This document shows, one piece after another, positions 18,255 to 27,455 of a stretch of DNA of 32,000 bases. The translations under genes were made by a program, and so were the position numbers. This stretch comes from Acinetobacter wanghuae (lineage in GTDB: Bacteria > Pseudomonadota > Gammaproteobacteria > Pseudomonadales > Moraxellaceae). Position 1 is the stretch's first letter, and each line of letters starts with the position of its first letter. The notes beneath the pieces were generated by a model, which saw only the letters and a list, made by a program, of their open reading frames with translations, made no database searches and had not been told where the DNA came from. The DNA lies in contig NZ_CP045650.1 of assembly GCF_009557235.1 (NCBI RefSeq), positions 1,620,001-1,652,000 of the forward strand. The letters run 5' to 3'.

Positions 18255-18676
18255 TCATAACCTCTAGTGGGTACTTTCGTACTAATATTGACATTCACAA
18301 AGCCCAATTGCCCTGCTGCATCCATGACACGGATCACATCTTGATGGCTGGCTTTGGCATCGGCAGCAATGATAAACATTAAATCACGTCGTTCATTGGA
18401 AATCTGTTTAATTGCCGTATTTAAATCTGCAATATCTTGACTGGCAATGGATTGACCATTGACCGCATAATGCCCATTCGCATCTACCACCACTTCAATT
18501 TTTTGATCAAATTCTTTGGGCGGTACACCTTGCGCATCTGGCAAGGTTAAATTCATGCGACTAAATTGATTAAAAGTCGTAGAGAGCAACAAAAACACCA
18601 AGATAAACAACAAACAGTCAATCATTGGGGTTAAGTTGATGTGAACATCTTGCACTTGGCTGCGTTTGAATTTCAT
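18251..18676 (-). CDS. exbD: ExbD/TolR family biopolymer transport protein
   Basis: MKFKRSQ...INLTPMIDCLLFILVFLL is a single N-terminal TM helix with the conserved Asp. About 141 aa. I prefer ATG at 18676 over GTG 18679. Confidence 0.85.
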   Translation of the reverse strand: MKFKRSQVQDVHINLTPMIDCLLFILVFLLLSTTFNQFSRMNLTLPDAQGVPPKEFDQKIEVVVDANGHYAVNGQSIASQDIADLNTAIKQISNERRDLMFIIAADAKASHQDVIRVMDAAGQLGFVNVNISTKVPTRGYE

Positions 18677-18686
18677 CACCCGCCTC

Positions 18687-19322
18687 CTAGCTTGCTTTTT
18701 GCATGTCTTGATCTACATCTGACGCTTGAAGATAAAACAAATCGGCATGAAATAAGGTCGCTTGCTGTTCAAGTTCAGCCACATATTCCTGCACCAAACG
18801 TTGAAAATACCGATGCGCGAACAATGCAGGAATAGCAATCAACATACCTGCAGCGGTGGTGATCAATGCTTTCGAAATACCGGGCATCATTGCTACAGCA
18901 TCACTATTCCCCAAATCCATCATCAAAAATGACTCGATAATACCAATGACCGTACCCAATAAGCCAAGCAAGGGGGCAACCGCACTCAGCGTACCCAAGA
19001 AATTGATATTCTTTTCCAAATAACCAATTTCTCGTGAAGCCACCGCTTCCATTTGGGCACGGGCGTAGCTTTCAGGTTTATATTGACTTGCATAACCCGC
19101 CTGAAATACCCGACCTAGAGTGCTACTTTGCAGTGTCGGTGTGGTAATCAACTTAGCAATTGCTTGCTCAGCATTTTGCATAGGATTGATCAAAAGTGTA
19201 TCGGGAAGCACAAGCTTTCTTTTCAAGCGAATAAAGCGCTCAATCGAAATTGCGAGCATAAAAATAGAACACAATACCAACGGCAGCATCAGCCAACCGC
19301 CTGCTTTCACCAATTCCCACAT
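18687..19322 (-). CDS. exbB: MotA/TolQ/ExbB family proton-channel protein
   Basis: The N-terminus MWELVKAGGWLMLPLVLCSI and the C-terminal motif LGLLGTVIGI...AL.TTAAG are typical of ExbB/TolQ. I prefer ATG at 19322; the track start 19337 is a TTG. Confidence 0.85.
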   Translation of the reverse strand: MWELVKAGGWLMLPLVLCSIFMLAISIERFIRLKRKLVLPDTLLINPMQNAEQAIAKLITTPTLQSSTLGRVFQAGYASQYKPESYARAQMEAVASREIGYLEKNINFLGTLSAVAPLLGLLGTVIGIIESFLMMDLGNSDAVAMMPGISKALITTAAGMLIAIPALFAHRYFQRLVQEYVAELEQQATLFHADLFYLQASDVDQDMQKAS

Positions 19323-19347
19323 TTGATCAATCCCCAATTTTTATAAA

Positions 19348-20235
19348 TTATTCATCACCTAAGATGGTTAAAATACCATCTAGCTCATCCAATGAGCTAT
19401 AGCTGATCACAACTTTGCCTTTACCTTGCTTATTATAGTCAATTTTTACTTCAGCACTAAAACGCTCAGACAAGCGCTGCGAAAGCTGTTGAATATCAGG
19501 TGCAACCACCGTTTTAGGCTTTTCAGCTTTAGGCGCACTAAAATCACGTACCAATTGTTCGGTTTGACGTACCGATAAACTTTTCTCAATCACCATTTCA
19601 GCGACTTTAAGCTGATCTTTTGCTTTTAAGGTCAAAATTGCACGCGCATGCCCCATGTCTAAAAGGCCTTGTTGCATATAATCTTTCACGGTTTCAGCAA
19701 GACTGAGTAAACGTAAAAGATTACTTACTGTCGTACGTGCCTTACCGACGGTATCAGCAATTTCTTGATGACTTAAACCAAATTCTTCATGGAAACGTTG
19801 CAACGCCATCGCTTGGTCAATTGGATTTAAATCCTGACGTTGAATGTTTTCAATCAACGCTAAAGCAATCGCAACTTGGTCTTGTAATTCACGCACAATA
19901 GCCGGAATTTCAGTTAATCCCGCCAACTGTGCTGCGCGCCAACGGCGTTCACCAGCAATAATTTCATACGGATAACGCTCATCATCGACTGGACGAATGA
20001 CGATCGGCTGCATAATGCCGTGTTTTTCAATCGATGCCGCTAACTCTTGTAAATCTTGCTCATTGATATAACGACGTGGCTGATATTCACCACGTTTAAG
20101 CAGGTTTACATCAATTTGTTTGAGCTGACCATGATCTAAACCTTGCGCTTCAAGTTGTAATTTTTCTTTTTGAATCGAGCCCAATAATGCATCTAAACCA
20201 CGACCTTTGGCGAGTCCACGTTTCTTCACGGTCAT
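19348..20235 (-). CDS. parB: Chromosome partitioning protein ParB (Spo0J)
   Basis: ParB box GERRWRAA plus an HTH (SHQEIADTVGKARTTVSNLLRLL). ATGA overlap with the parA stop. Confidence 0.95.
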   Translation of the reverse strand: MTVKKRGLAKGRGLDALLGSIQKEKLQLEAQGLDHGQLKQIDVNLLKRGEYQPRRYINEQDLQELAASIEKHGIMQPIVIRPVDDERYPYEIIAGERRWRAAQLAGLTEIPAIVRELQDQVAIALALIENIQRQDLNPIDQAMALQRFHEEFGLSHQEIADTVGKARTTVSNLLRLLSLAETVKDYMQQGLLDMGHARAILTLKAKDQLKVAEMVIEKSLSVRQTEQLVRDFSAPKAEKPKTVVAPDIQQLSQRLSERFSAEVKIDYNKQGKGKVVISYSSLDELDGILTILGDE

Positions 20236-21014
20236 GCTTTAATTCCTTTTTTCACTTTGCTTTTTTTTAACATTTCAGCTGCTAAATTTAAGTAAGCAAC
20301 TGCACCCTTTGAACTTTTTTCAAAATAGATCACTGGCAAACCATGCGCTGGCGCTTCAGCCAAACGAATATTACGCGGAATGACGGTATCGTATAATTTT
20401 TTGCCAAAATATTGTTGTAATTCTTCCGACACATCACGCGTCAAGGCATTACGTGCATCGTACATGGTACGCAGCACACCGACGATATGTAAATCAGGAT
20501 TCAATGCTTGTTGAATACGATCAATGGTTTGGGTTAAGTCAGCCAAACCTTCAAGCGCATAATATTCACACTGCATTGGAATGAGCACGGCATCCACAGC
20601 AGCTAAGGCATTGACGGTAATTAAGCTTAAGCTTGGCGCACAATCGACAATAATATAATCAAACGCATGCTCGATTTCTTGCAACGCTTCACGCAAAATA
20701 AACTCACGCCCATCTTGTTCAGCAATCGCAAGTTCTACACCCGCCAAATCACGGTTTGCCCCTAAAACCTTATAACCGACTTCGGCTTTCATAATCGCGG
20801 TTTCAATCGCGACTTCACCTAGAAGTACATCGGTCACAGAGTAAAGCAAATCATTTTTTTGAATGCCAGACCCCATGGTCGCATTCCCTTGAGAATCCAT
20901 ATCCACAAGCAGAACGCGTTTTTTTAACACAGCGAGTGAGGCAGCCAAATTTACGGCTGTCGTCGTTTTACCAACACCACCTTTTTGGTTTGCAATCGCA
21001 ATAATGTGTGCCAT
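20232..21014 (-). CDS. parA: Chromosome partitioning ATPase ParA (Soj)
   Basis: Deviant Walker A NQKGGVGKTTT, with DCAPSL and further ParA/MinD family motifs. Confidence 0.95.
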   Translation of the reverse strand: MAHIIAIANQKGGVGKTTTAVNLAASLAVLKKRVLLVDMDSQGNATMGSGIQKNDLLYSVTDVLLGEVAIETAIMKAEVGYKVLGANRDLAGVELAIAEQDGREFILREALQEIEHAFDYIIVDCAPSLSLITVNALAAVDAVLIPMQCEYYALEGLADLTQTIDRIQQALNPDLHIVGVLRTMYDARNALTRDVSEELQQYFGKKLYDTVIPRNIRLAEAPAHGLPVIYFEKSSKGAVAYLNLAAEMLKKSKVKKGIKA

Positions 21015-21039
21015 GTTGACCCCAATTCCTTTGAAAATC

Positions 21040-21672
21040 TTAAATTCGTTTTAATAAAAGTAAGTGACGTTGTTCGTCTAAGCGCGGAACATTGAGTTCA
21101 ATAATATCGCAGCTAAATTGCGCTTTTAACAAAGCGACTTCTTCTTCAGGAATAAGACCCTTCATAGAGGCAATAATACTGCTGTCATGCATGTAAGGCT
21201 TAGAAGCATCGACAAAATCAGTTAAAGACGCAAAGGCACGACTGGTAATTACGTCAAATTGCCCTAATTCGTTGATGCTATCTTCGTTTTCCACACGGGT
21301 TTGTACCGCAATGACATTTTTTAATTTTAAATCAGCAATAAACTGTTTCAAGAAACGAATTTTCTTGCCATTTGAGTCAAGCAATACACATTCACGTTCA
21401 GGCTGACACAGCGCGATGATCATGCCCGGCATACCGCCACCTGTACCAATATCGAGTAAGCGACCTTGTGGCAAATCTTTTAAAATGCTTAAGCTATCTA
21501 ATAGATGCTTCACCAGCATTTCTTTCGGATCACGAATCGCAGTTAAATTGTAAGCCTTGTTCCAAAGTACCAAAGCATCCTGATACTTCAATAATAAATT
21601 TAAAGCTTCTTCACTGAGCTGCAAACCTAAGGCTTGGCTACCCTGCTTCAGTTCATTAAAAAAAGTATGCAT
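21040..21672 (-). CDS. rsmG: 16S rRNA (guanine527-N7)-methyltransferase RsmG (GidB)
   Basis: WNKAYNLTAIRDP and the SAM motif LDIGTGGGMPG. Conserved position upstream of parAB. I prefer ATG at 21672 over TTG 21678. Confidence 0.9.
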   Translation of the reverse strand: MHTFFNELKQGSQALGLQLSEEALNLLLKYQDALVLWNKAYNLTAIRDPKEMLVKHLLDSLSILKDLPQGRLLDIGTGGGMPGMIIALCQPERECVLLDSNGKKIRFLKQFIADLKLKNVIAVQTRVENEDSINELGQFDVITSRAFASLTDFVDASKPYMHDSSIIASMKGLIPEEEVALLKAQFSCDIIELNVPRLDEQRHLLLLKRI

Positions 21673-21757
21673 AAACAATCAACGCTCGATTAAGTTAGGT
21701 GGAAGTATAACGTTTTCTCTATCTTGTCATAGTGGGAAGTGCTTAGTGAATATTCAG

Positions 21758-22447
21758 TTAAGCATACTTCCCTTGACGAATTTCTAAATCTAATGCGCTT
21801 AGACGTTCAGGTGTTCCAACATCCACCCAAGCACCAACCAGTTTAGATGCCGCCACTTTATGTGCGAGCATGGCCTCCTTCAAGAGTGGTGCAAGTGGGC
21901 GTTTACCTGTCGCTAAACCGTCAAACATTTTAGGATGAATCACCGATACACCACTAAACGTTAGATTTTCACCCTCAATCTGCTGATCAAAAGTAAATGC
22001 TCGAGCATCAGCAAGCGTGAAATCACCTTCTGGATGTTGAGTCGGATTATCTACTAACACCAAGTGCGCTAGATTTTCATCAAGTGTCACATTGAGCAGT
22101 GGCGCAAAATCCATCGTTGTCCAGACATCGCCATTGACCAAAATAAACGGTTCAGTGCCAAGCAATGGTAAAGCATTAATAATGCCACCTGCTGTTTCCA
22201 AGCCTTCTTCTTCACGTGTCCAACGAATGGTGACACCGAACTGCGAACCATCACCTAAGGCACTAATGAGTTTATCTGCAAGCCAAGCCGAGTTAATCAC
22301 AATCTCAGTCACACCAATATCACGCAGCTTTTCAATATGCCAAACAATCAGGGGCTTACCACCGACTTCCAAAAGTGGCTTTGGTGTATACAGTGTGAGT
22401 GGCCGCATACGATTGCCGAGACCTGCAGCTAAAATCATGGCTTTCAT
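21758..22447 (-). CDS. murU: N-acetylmuramate alpha-1-phosphate uridylyltransferase (nucleotidyltransferase family)
   Basis: MKAMILAAGLGNRMRPLT nucleotidyltransferase G-loop, 229 aa. It lies directly downstream of an AmgK-like kinase and divergent from lptD, as in Pseudomonas. Confidence 0.8.
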   Translation of the reverse strand: MKAMILAAGLGNRMRPLTLYTPKPLLEVGGKPLIVWHIEKLRDIGVTEIVINSAWLADKLISALGDGSQFGVTIRWTREEEGLETAGGIINALPLLGTEPFILVNGDVWTTMDFAPLLNVTLDENLAHLVLVDNPTQHPEGDFTLADARAFTFDQQIEGENLTFSGVSVIHPKMFDGLATGKRPLAPLLKEAMLAHKVAASKLVGAWVDVGTPERLSALDLEIRQGKYA

Positions 22448-23461
22448 TTAGGCAACCACCTCATATTTTCCATATTTTTCTTCAAATGCAGGCAATACTC
22501 GCGCACGAATAAACTGCATAAATGGCTCAAGCTCCGCATAAGGCTTGGTTTCTTCAAGCAAGTACCACATCACGCGCGGTAAATCTTTTAAATAACCCGA
22601 TTTGCCATCGCGCTCAAATAAGCGCACAAAAATACCTAAGATTTTGAGATGACGTTGAATCGCCATCATATCGGCATCTTTTTTAAATTGCGCTAAATCA
22701 CGATCTTGTTTAGCAGACGCTGGCAATAAGTGATAGAAGGTTTCAAACCATGAATAAACACGATCAGCATTCCACTGCACATAAGCATCACGCGTAATCG
22801 AGATCAGATCATAAGTATCTGCACCAATCACCGCATCTTGGAAATCAATCACACCGAGTTCCGCATCATCTGCAACTTTCATTAAATTACGACTATGGAA
22901 ATCACGATGCACGATCACTTGCGGTTGTGCCACAGCAGCATTGGCAAGAATAGCAAAGGTACGTTTAATTAAAGCGCTTTCTGCTGCGGTCAGTTGCACT
23001 TTTAATGCAGGCAACATCCAATCGGTCAGCAATTCCATTTCTGAGATGAGCTTGTCATACGTATAGTCAGGCAATTTCCCTTCAGCAGGAATGGATTGCA
23101 TGTGAATGAGTTGTTTAAAGCTCTGCTCATAGTAAGCATCAACGGTGTCGTTATTGAGCAAGTCCGACAGCATCACGTTGCCAAAATCTTCGAGCAATAA
23201 GAAACCTTGATCTAAATCTTTAGCTACAATTTCTGGCACACGCACGCCATGTTGATGAAAAAACTCATCAATCGTCACAAAAGGCACACAATCTTCTTTT
23301 TCTGGAGGTGCATCCATCAGCATAAATGTTTTATTATTCAGTTTAATTCGTGCATAACGACGGAAACTTGCATCGCCTGCCAAGAAAGAAATGTCAAATT
23401 GATCTGACTCAAGTACAGATGCAATCCATGATTGTATTGATTGTTCACGTAGTGTATTCAT
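22448..23461 (-). CDS. amgK: Anomeric MurNAc/GlcNAc kinase (aminoglycoside phosphotransferase-fold)
   Basis: APH/choline-kinase fold motifs are present (GDASFRRY, HRDFHSRNLM, IDFQDA). The stop abuts the murU ATG. I prefer ATG at 23461 over TTG 23467. Confidence 0.8.
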   Translation of the reverse strand: MNTLREQSIQSWIASVLESDQFDISFLAGDASFRRYARIKLNNKTFMLMDAPPEKEDCVPFVTIDEFFHQHGVRVPEIVAKDLDQGFLLLEDFGNVMLSDLLNNDTVDAYYEQSFKQLIHMQSIPAEGKLPDYTYDKLISEMELLTDWMLPALKVQLTAAESALIKRTFAILANAAVAQPQVIVHRDFHSRNLMKVADDAELGVIDFQDAVIGADTYDLISITRDAYVQWNADRVYSWFETFYHLLPASAKQDRDLAQFKKDADMMAIQRHLKILGIFVRLFERDGKSGYLKDLPRVMWYLLEETKPYAELEPFMQFIRARVLPAFEEKYGKYEVVA

Positions 23462-23572
23462 TTGCAATAAATTCTAATACAGGCTGAGTTTTTAAAGGTG
23501 TAAGTGTAGCTACTTATCAACTTTTTCTCTATGATGCGACAATAATTAATTGCGATTAAGCATGATTGGTTA

Positions 23573-26041
23573 ATGAGACAAATGAAGCATCAGTTTAAAT
23601 TTAATCCTCTAGCGACTGCGATCTTCACCCTGCTCTGCGGCAGTTCGGTTTCAAGCTATGCGGCTTCAGATCAATCATCAACCGTGAATGCAGAAAAGCT
23701 CAAGCAAAGTATTGATGAAAGCTATCCAGGCGAAGCGTTCTTCTCACAATATTATGTGGATAAATCTGCACCCGAAGCACAGCAGCGCCAAGATCAGTAT
23801 TTGAGTTCAGCCTTTTGTGAAGGTGCTTGGATTACCCCTGTTTCACCAACCACTAAGGCGGTGGACCCTGATTTAGCGACATCAACGATTACCGCAGATT
23901 ACGGTTTATTTGATCCGAAAGGTGATTCCTTCCTTGAAGGTAATGTCATTCTCGATCAAGAAGGTCGCCAAATTCGTGCAGACAAAATCACGATTGACCA
24001 AACCCAGACCTATGCCAAAGCACAAGGTAATGTACAACTGGCTCAAGGCGGTTTAATCTCGCAAAGTGATGATATTGATTATAATTTAAAGACCCAAGAA
24101 GGCGATCTGTCGAATAGCTTCTTTATTGCAGAAGCGCAACACGCGCATGGGCGTGCAGAGAAAATTACCAAGTCAGCCAATAATACCGTTAATTTAGAAA
24201 ACGCGACTTATTCAACCTGTCCACCTGAACAAAAACCAACGTGGAAAATTCAGGCAGATCAAATTAAGTTAAACCAAGACACGGGTCGCGGTGAAACCAA
24301 GAACGCAAAACTATATGTCAAAGATGTGCCCGTTTTAGCAGTTCCCTATTTTAATTTCCCGATTGATGACCGTCGTACCACCGGTATTTTAACGCCAAGT
24401 TTTGGATTTACCAATGATGGTGGCGTTGAGCTCGGTGTACCGGTGTATCTGAATCTTGCACCAAATTATGATGCCTTAGTGACACCGCGTTATTTAGCCG
24501 ATCGTGGCTTGATGCTTGAGGGTGAGTTCCGTTATTTAACTAACTTTGGTACTGGTATTGTTTCAGGAGGCTACTTAGCTTCTGATAAAGACTACAACGA
24601 CGAAGATCGTAAAAGCTTACATTACCTACATAATTGGCAAATTAACGACCAGTTCTCTACCAACTTAGAATACAACTACGCTTCGGATAAAGATTACTTT
24701 GTTGATTTAGATAACAATCCAAATTCTAAAACCGATCTCAATTTACGCCGTGCGTGGGAACTGAACTATAAAAATGGTATTCCGGGTTTAAAAGCACAGC
24801 TTAAAGTCGAAGACTTCCAAACACTCGATGAAACTGTCGAACTTAAAAAACGTCCCTATGCACGTTTGCCACAGTTCTTGTTGAATTATAAAACAGGGAA
24901 CCCTCTCGGTTTACAATACGAATTCAATAACGATACTGCGTACTTTAAAAAAGATATTAACGCTTTTAATTCAGGATCAGTAGATACTTATGAACCAAGC
25001 GGTACACGTATCTACAATGACTTTAGTGTGCGTTATAACCATCGTACACCTTGGTCGTTCTTTATTCCTGAAGCAAGTTTACGCAACATCAACACCTTCT
25101 ATGATCAAGATACGGTTGATGCAGCGAGTACAGGCTTATTCAATACCAGCAGTGAAGATCGCTCAATTGTAGTACCACAGTTCACGCTGGATATGGGATT
25201 GAATTTCGAGAAACAAGGCCGCTATTTACAAACACTCACGCCTCGCCTGTTCTATGCGTATTCAAGCTATAAAGATCAAAACGATCAGCCTAACTTTGAT
25301 TCAGCAACTGCCTCAATTAATTATGACCAACTGTTCAGTGCCCGTCGTTTCTATGGCAATGACCGTTTAGAAGACAATAATTTTGCCTCACTCGGTTTAA
25401 GCTATAGTTTATTTGATGATATTGGTCTAGAACGTTTACGTGCCAGTGTAGGTCAGAGTTATTATTTCGAAGACCGCCGTGTCACTTTAGACAAAGATGC
25501 CGATCAGTTTGACCGCGAATCAAAAACGGGTCCTGTGATTCAGTTATCGAGCCAGATTTCCAACAATATTAACATCAACCTGAACTCTGCTTGGACATCC
25601 AATGGCAGCAATGCACAGCGCGATCTGCAAGTGTATTTTGCGGGTGATCAAGGCAATCTGTACAATGTTGGCTACTTCTATCGTAAAAACATTGATAACC
25701 GACAAGACCGCTATGATCATATCGTCGGTTCGTTTATTCAGCCAATTTCAAACAATTGGCGTCTTGTTGGACATGCCCAATATGACTTAGACAACAGTGT
25801 TGCGCGTGAATTCTTAGTCGGTGTCAATTATGAATCATGCTGTTGGGGCGTATCCGTTTACGGACGTTCTTATTATAATGATTTAGACAACGTCAATGAT
25901 GCCGGTGTAAAACCAAAACGTGCAATTATGGCTGAAGTGAGCTTAAAAGGTCTCGGTGGCTTTAACAATAAATTGACATCATTACTAGAAAATCGCATCT
26001 TAGGCTTTAACAATATTAATCAAACTTGGACTGAACGTTAA
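23573..26041 (+). CDS. lptD: LPS-assembly outer-membrane protein LptD
   Basis: 822 aa with a signal peptide (...LLCGSSVSSYA|AS), an N-terminal OstA/LptA-like jellyroll, then a large beta-barrel ending in an aromatic-rich tail. It is followed by surA with a TAATG overlap. An alternative ATG lies at 23582. Confidence 0.9.
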   Translation: MRQMKHQFKFNPLATAIFTLLCGSSVSSYAASDQSSTVNAEKLKQSIDESYPGEAFFSQYYVDKSAPEAQQRQDQYLSSAFCEGAWITPVSPTTKAVDPDLATSTITADYGLFDPKGDSFLEGNVILDQEGRQIRADKITIDQTQTYAKAQGNVQLAQGGLISQSDDIDYNLKTQEGDLSNSFFIAEAQHAHGRAEKITKSANNTVNLENATYSTCPPEQKPTWKIQADQIKLNQDTGRGETKNAKLYVKDVPVLAVPYFNFPIDDRRTTGILTPSFGFTNDGGVELGVPVYLNLAPNYDALVTPRYLADRGLMLEGEFRYLTNFGTGIVSGGYLASDKDYNDEDRKSLHYLHNWQINDQFSTNLEYNYASDKDYFVDLDNNPNSKTDLNLRRAWELNYKNGIPGLKAQLKVEDFQTLDETVELKKRPYARLPQFLLNYKTGNPLGLQYEFNNDTAYFKKDINAFNSGSVDTYEPSGTRIYNDFSVRYNHRTPWSFFIPEASLRNINTFYDQDTVDAASTGLFNTSSEDRSIVVPQFTLDMGLNFEKQGRYLQTLTPRLFYAYSSYKDQNDQPNFDSATASINYDQLFSARRFYGNDRLEDNNFASLGLSYSLFDDIGLERLRASVGQSYYFEDRRVTLDKDADQFDRESKTGPVIQLSSQISNNININLNSAWTSNGSNAQRDLQVYFAGDQGNLYNVGYFYRKNIDNRQDRYDHIVGSFIQPISNNWRLVGHAQYDLDNSVAREFLVGVNYESCCWGVSVYGRSYYNDLDNVNDAGVKPKRAIMAEVSLKGLGGFNNKLTSLLENRILGFNNINQTWTER

Positions 26042-27351
26042 TGAAGACAAAACAGTTAAAACAAATTTTTAAAGCGACCGCACTTGCACTGTGCCTTTCA
26101 TCAGCGATGACGACCTATGCTGTTGCCGAAACTAAAGATGAAGTTGTAGCTGTAGTCGACAATAGCGTCATTTTACGTAGTGATTTAGCGCAAGGCATTG
26201 CCGAAATTAATCATCAGTTTGAGCAAACTAAAAAACCTTTGCCTCCGCAGCAATATATTGAACAACAAGCGCTAGAACAGCTGATTATTCGTGAAGCACA
26301 GCTTGAGCAAGTCAAACGCTATAATATTCGCCCAGATGAAAAAGCGTTAAATGATGCTGTCTTAAAAGTGGCTAAAGATGCGGGTTCTCCAAGCTTAGAA
26401 GCCTTCCAACAAAAGCTCGATAAGATTGCACCAAACACCTATGCGGGTTTACGTAATCGCGTTGCTGAAGATTTAGCCATTAATCGTTTACGTCAACAAG
26501 TGGTGACTTCACGTATTAAAATTAGTGATCAAGACGTGAAAAACTTCTTGAGTACGCCACAAGGTCAAGCACTGTTAGGCAATCAAGTGCATGTGCTTCA
26601 CTTACGTATTGCTGGTGAAAATGCGACTCAAATTGCGACTCAAATTAAAAAAGAGTTAGATAGCAGCAATGATATTCAAGCATTAAGCAAAAAATATAGC
26701 GTCAACGGTGTACAAGTGGATGCCGCAGATATGGGTACACGTAATCTAGCGGATATTCCGACTGAACTTGCAGCACGTGTCACTACCTTACAAACTGGTC
26801 AAACCTCAGAACTGATCGAAGCGCGTGATGGTGTGCACGTCCTTAAATTACTTGAGCGCAAAGGCGGTGAACAAAAAGCCCTTGTACCCCAATATTTGAC
26901 GCGTCATATTTTGATCCAACCGTCTGAAGTGATTTCTGAAGACAATGCAAAGCAAATGGTTAATAGTTTGTATACGCGCTTGAAACAAGGTGAAGATTTC
27001 GCAGTCTTAGCGGCAACGTTCTCGAATGATCCAGGTTCAGCACGTGACAGCGGCAGTTTAGGTTGGGTTAGTCCTGGTGTGATGGTGCCTGAGTTTGAAC
27101 AACGCATGAAAGACACGCCTGTTGGACAAATTAGCGAACCATTTCAATCGCAATTCGGTTGGCATATCCTACAAGTGACCGAGACACGTCAGCAAGATAT
27201 GACCAAGGAATATCAAGAGCGTATGGCACGTCAACTGTTAGGCGAACGTCAATTTGATGCAGAACTTGATAGTTGGTTGCGCGAAACACGCAATAATGCC
27301 TTTGTGGAAATTAAAGATCCACATCTTGATCGCAAGAAAAACCAATCTTGA
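26041..27351 (+). CDS. surA: Periplasmic chaperone / peptidyl-prolyl isomerase SurA
   Basis: Signal peptide, a SurA N-terminal domain, and two parvulin domains (the second includes FSNDPGSARDSGSLGWV ... GWHILQV). Confidence 0.9.
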   Translation: MKTKQLKQIFKATALALCLSSAMTTYAVAETKDEVVAVVDNSVILRSDLAQGIAEINHQFEQTKKPLPPQQYIEQQALEQLIIREAQLEQVKRYNIRPDEKALNDAVLKVAKDAGSPSLEAFQQKLDKIAPNTYAGLRNRVAEDLAINRLRQQVVTSRIKISDQDVKNFLSTPQGQALLGNQVHVLHLRIAGENATQIATQIKKELDSSNDIQALSKKYSVNGVQVDAADMGTRNLADIPTELAARVTTLQTGQTSELIEARDGVHVLKLLERKGGEQKALVPQYLTRHILIQPSEVISEDNAKQMVNSLYTRLKQGEDFAVLAATFSNDPGSARDSGSLGWVSPGVMVPEFEQRMKDTPVGQISEPFQSQFGWHILQVTETRQQDMTKEYQERMARQLLGERQFDAELDSWLRETRNNAFVEIKDPHLDRKKNQS

Positions 27352-27355
27352 TCTC

Positions 27356-27385
27356 TAAAAAACCAGCCCCTTGGCTGGTTTTTTT
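27356..27385 (+). terminator. Rho-independent terminator of lptD-surA
   Basis: Stem ccagcc(27363-27368), loop cctt, stem ggctgg(27373-27378), followed by T7. It begins 5 nt after the surA stop. Confidence 0.8.
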
Positions 27386-27407
27386 ACACTTATCAATTTC
27401 AAGTCAT

Positions 27408-27438
27408 AAAAAAACCTCTCAAAATGAGAGGTTTTTTT
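27408..27438 (-). terminator. Rho-independent terminator of hfq, with bidirectional architecture
   Basis: A7 run, stem cctctc(27415-27420), loop aaaat, stem gagagg(27426-27431), then T7. It lies 18 nt downstream of the hfq stop on the minus strand. Confidence 0.8.
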
Positions 27439-27455
27439 AAATCTTACAGAATCAA

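Noticed and set aside
22208-22223. The best parS-like site found (tcttcCACGTGtccaa) while scanning all CACGTG cores
   Set aside because: Only the left half resembles TGTTC, and the right half does not match GAACA/AAACA. It lies inside murU. It does not support a ParB binding site.
24990-25790. Two 60-62-aa same-strand ORFs inside lptD in other frames
   Set aside because: They are embedded in the continuous 822-aa LptD frame and have no independent support.
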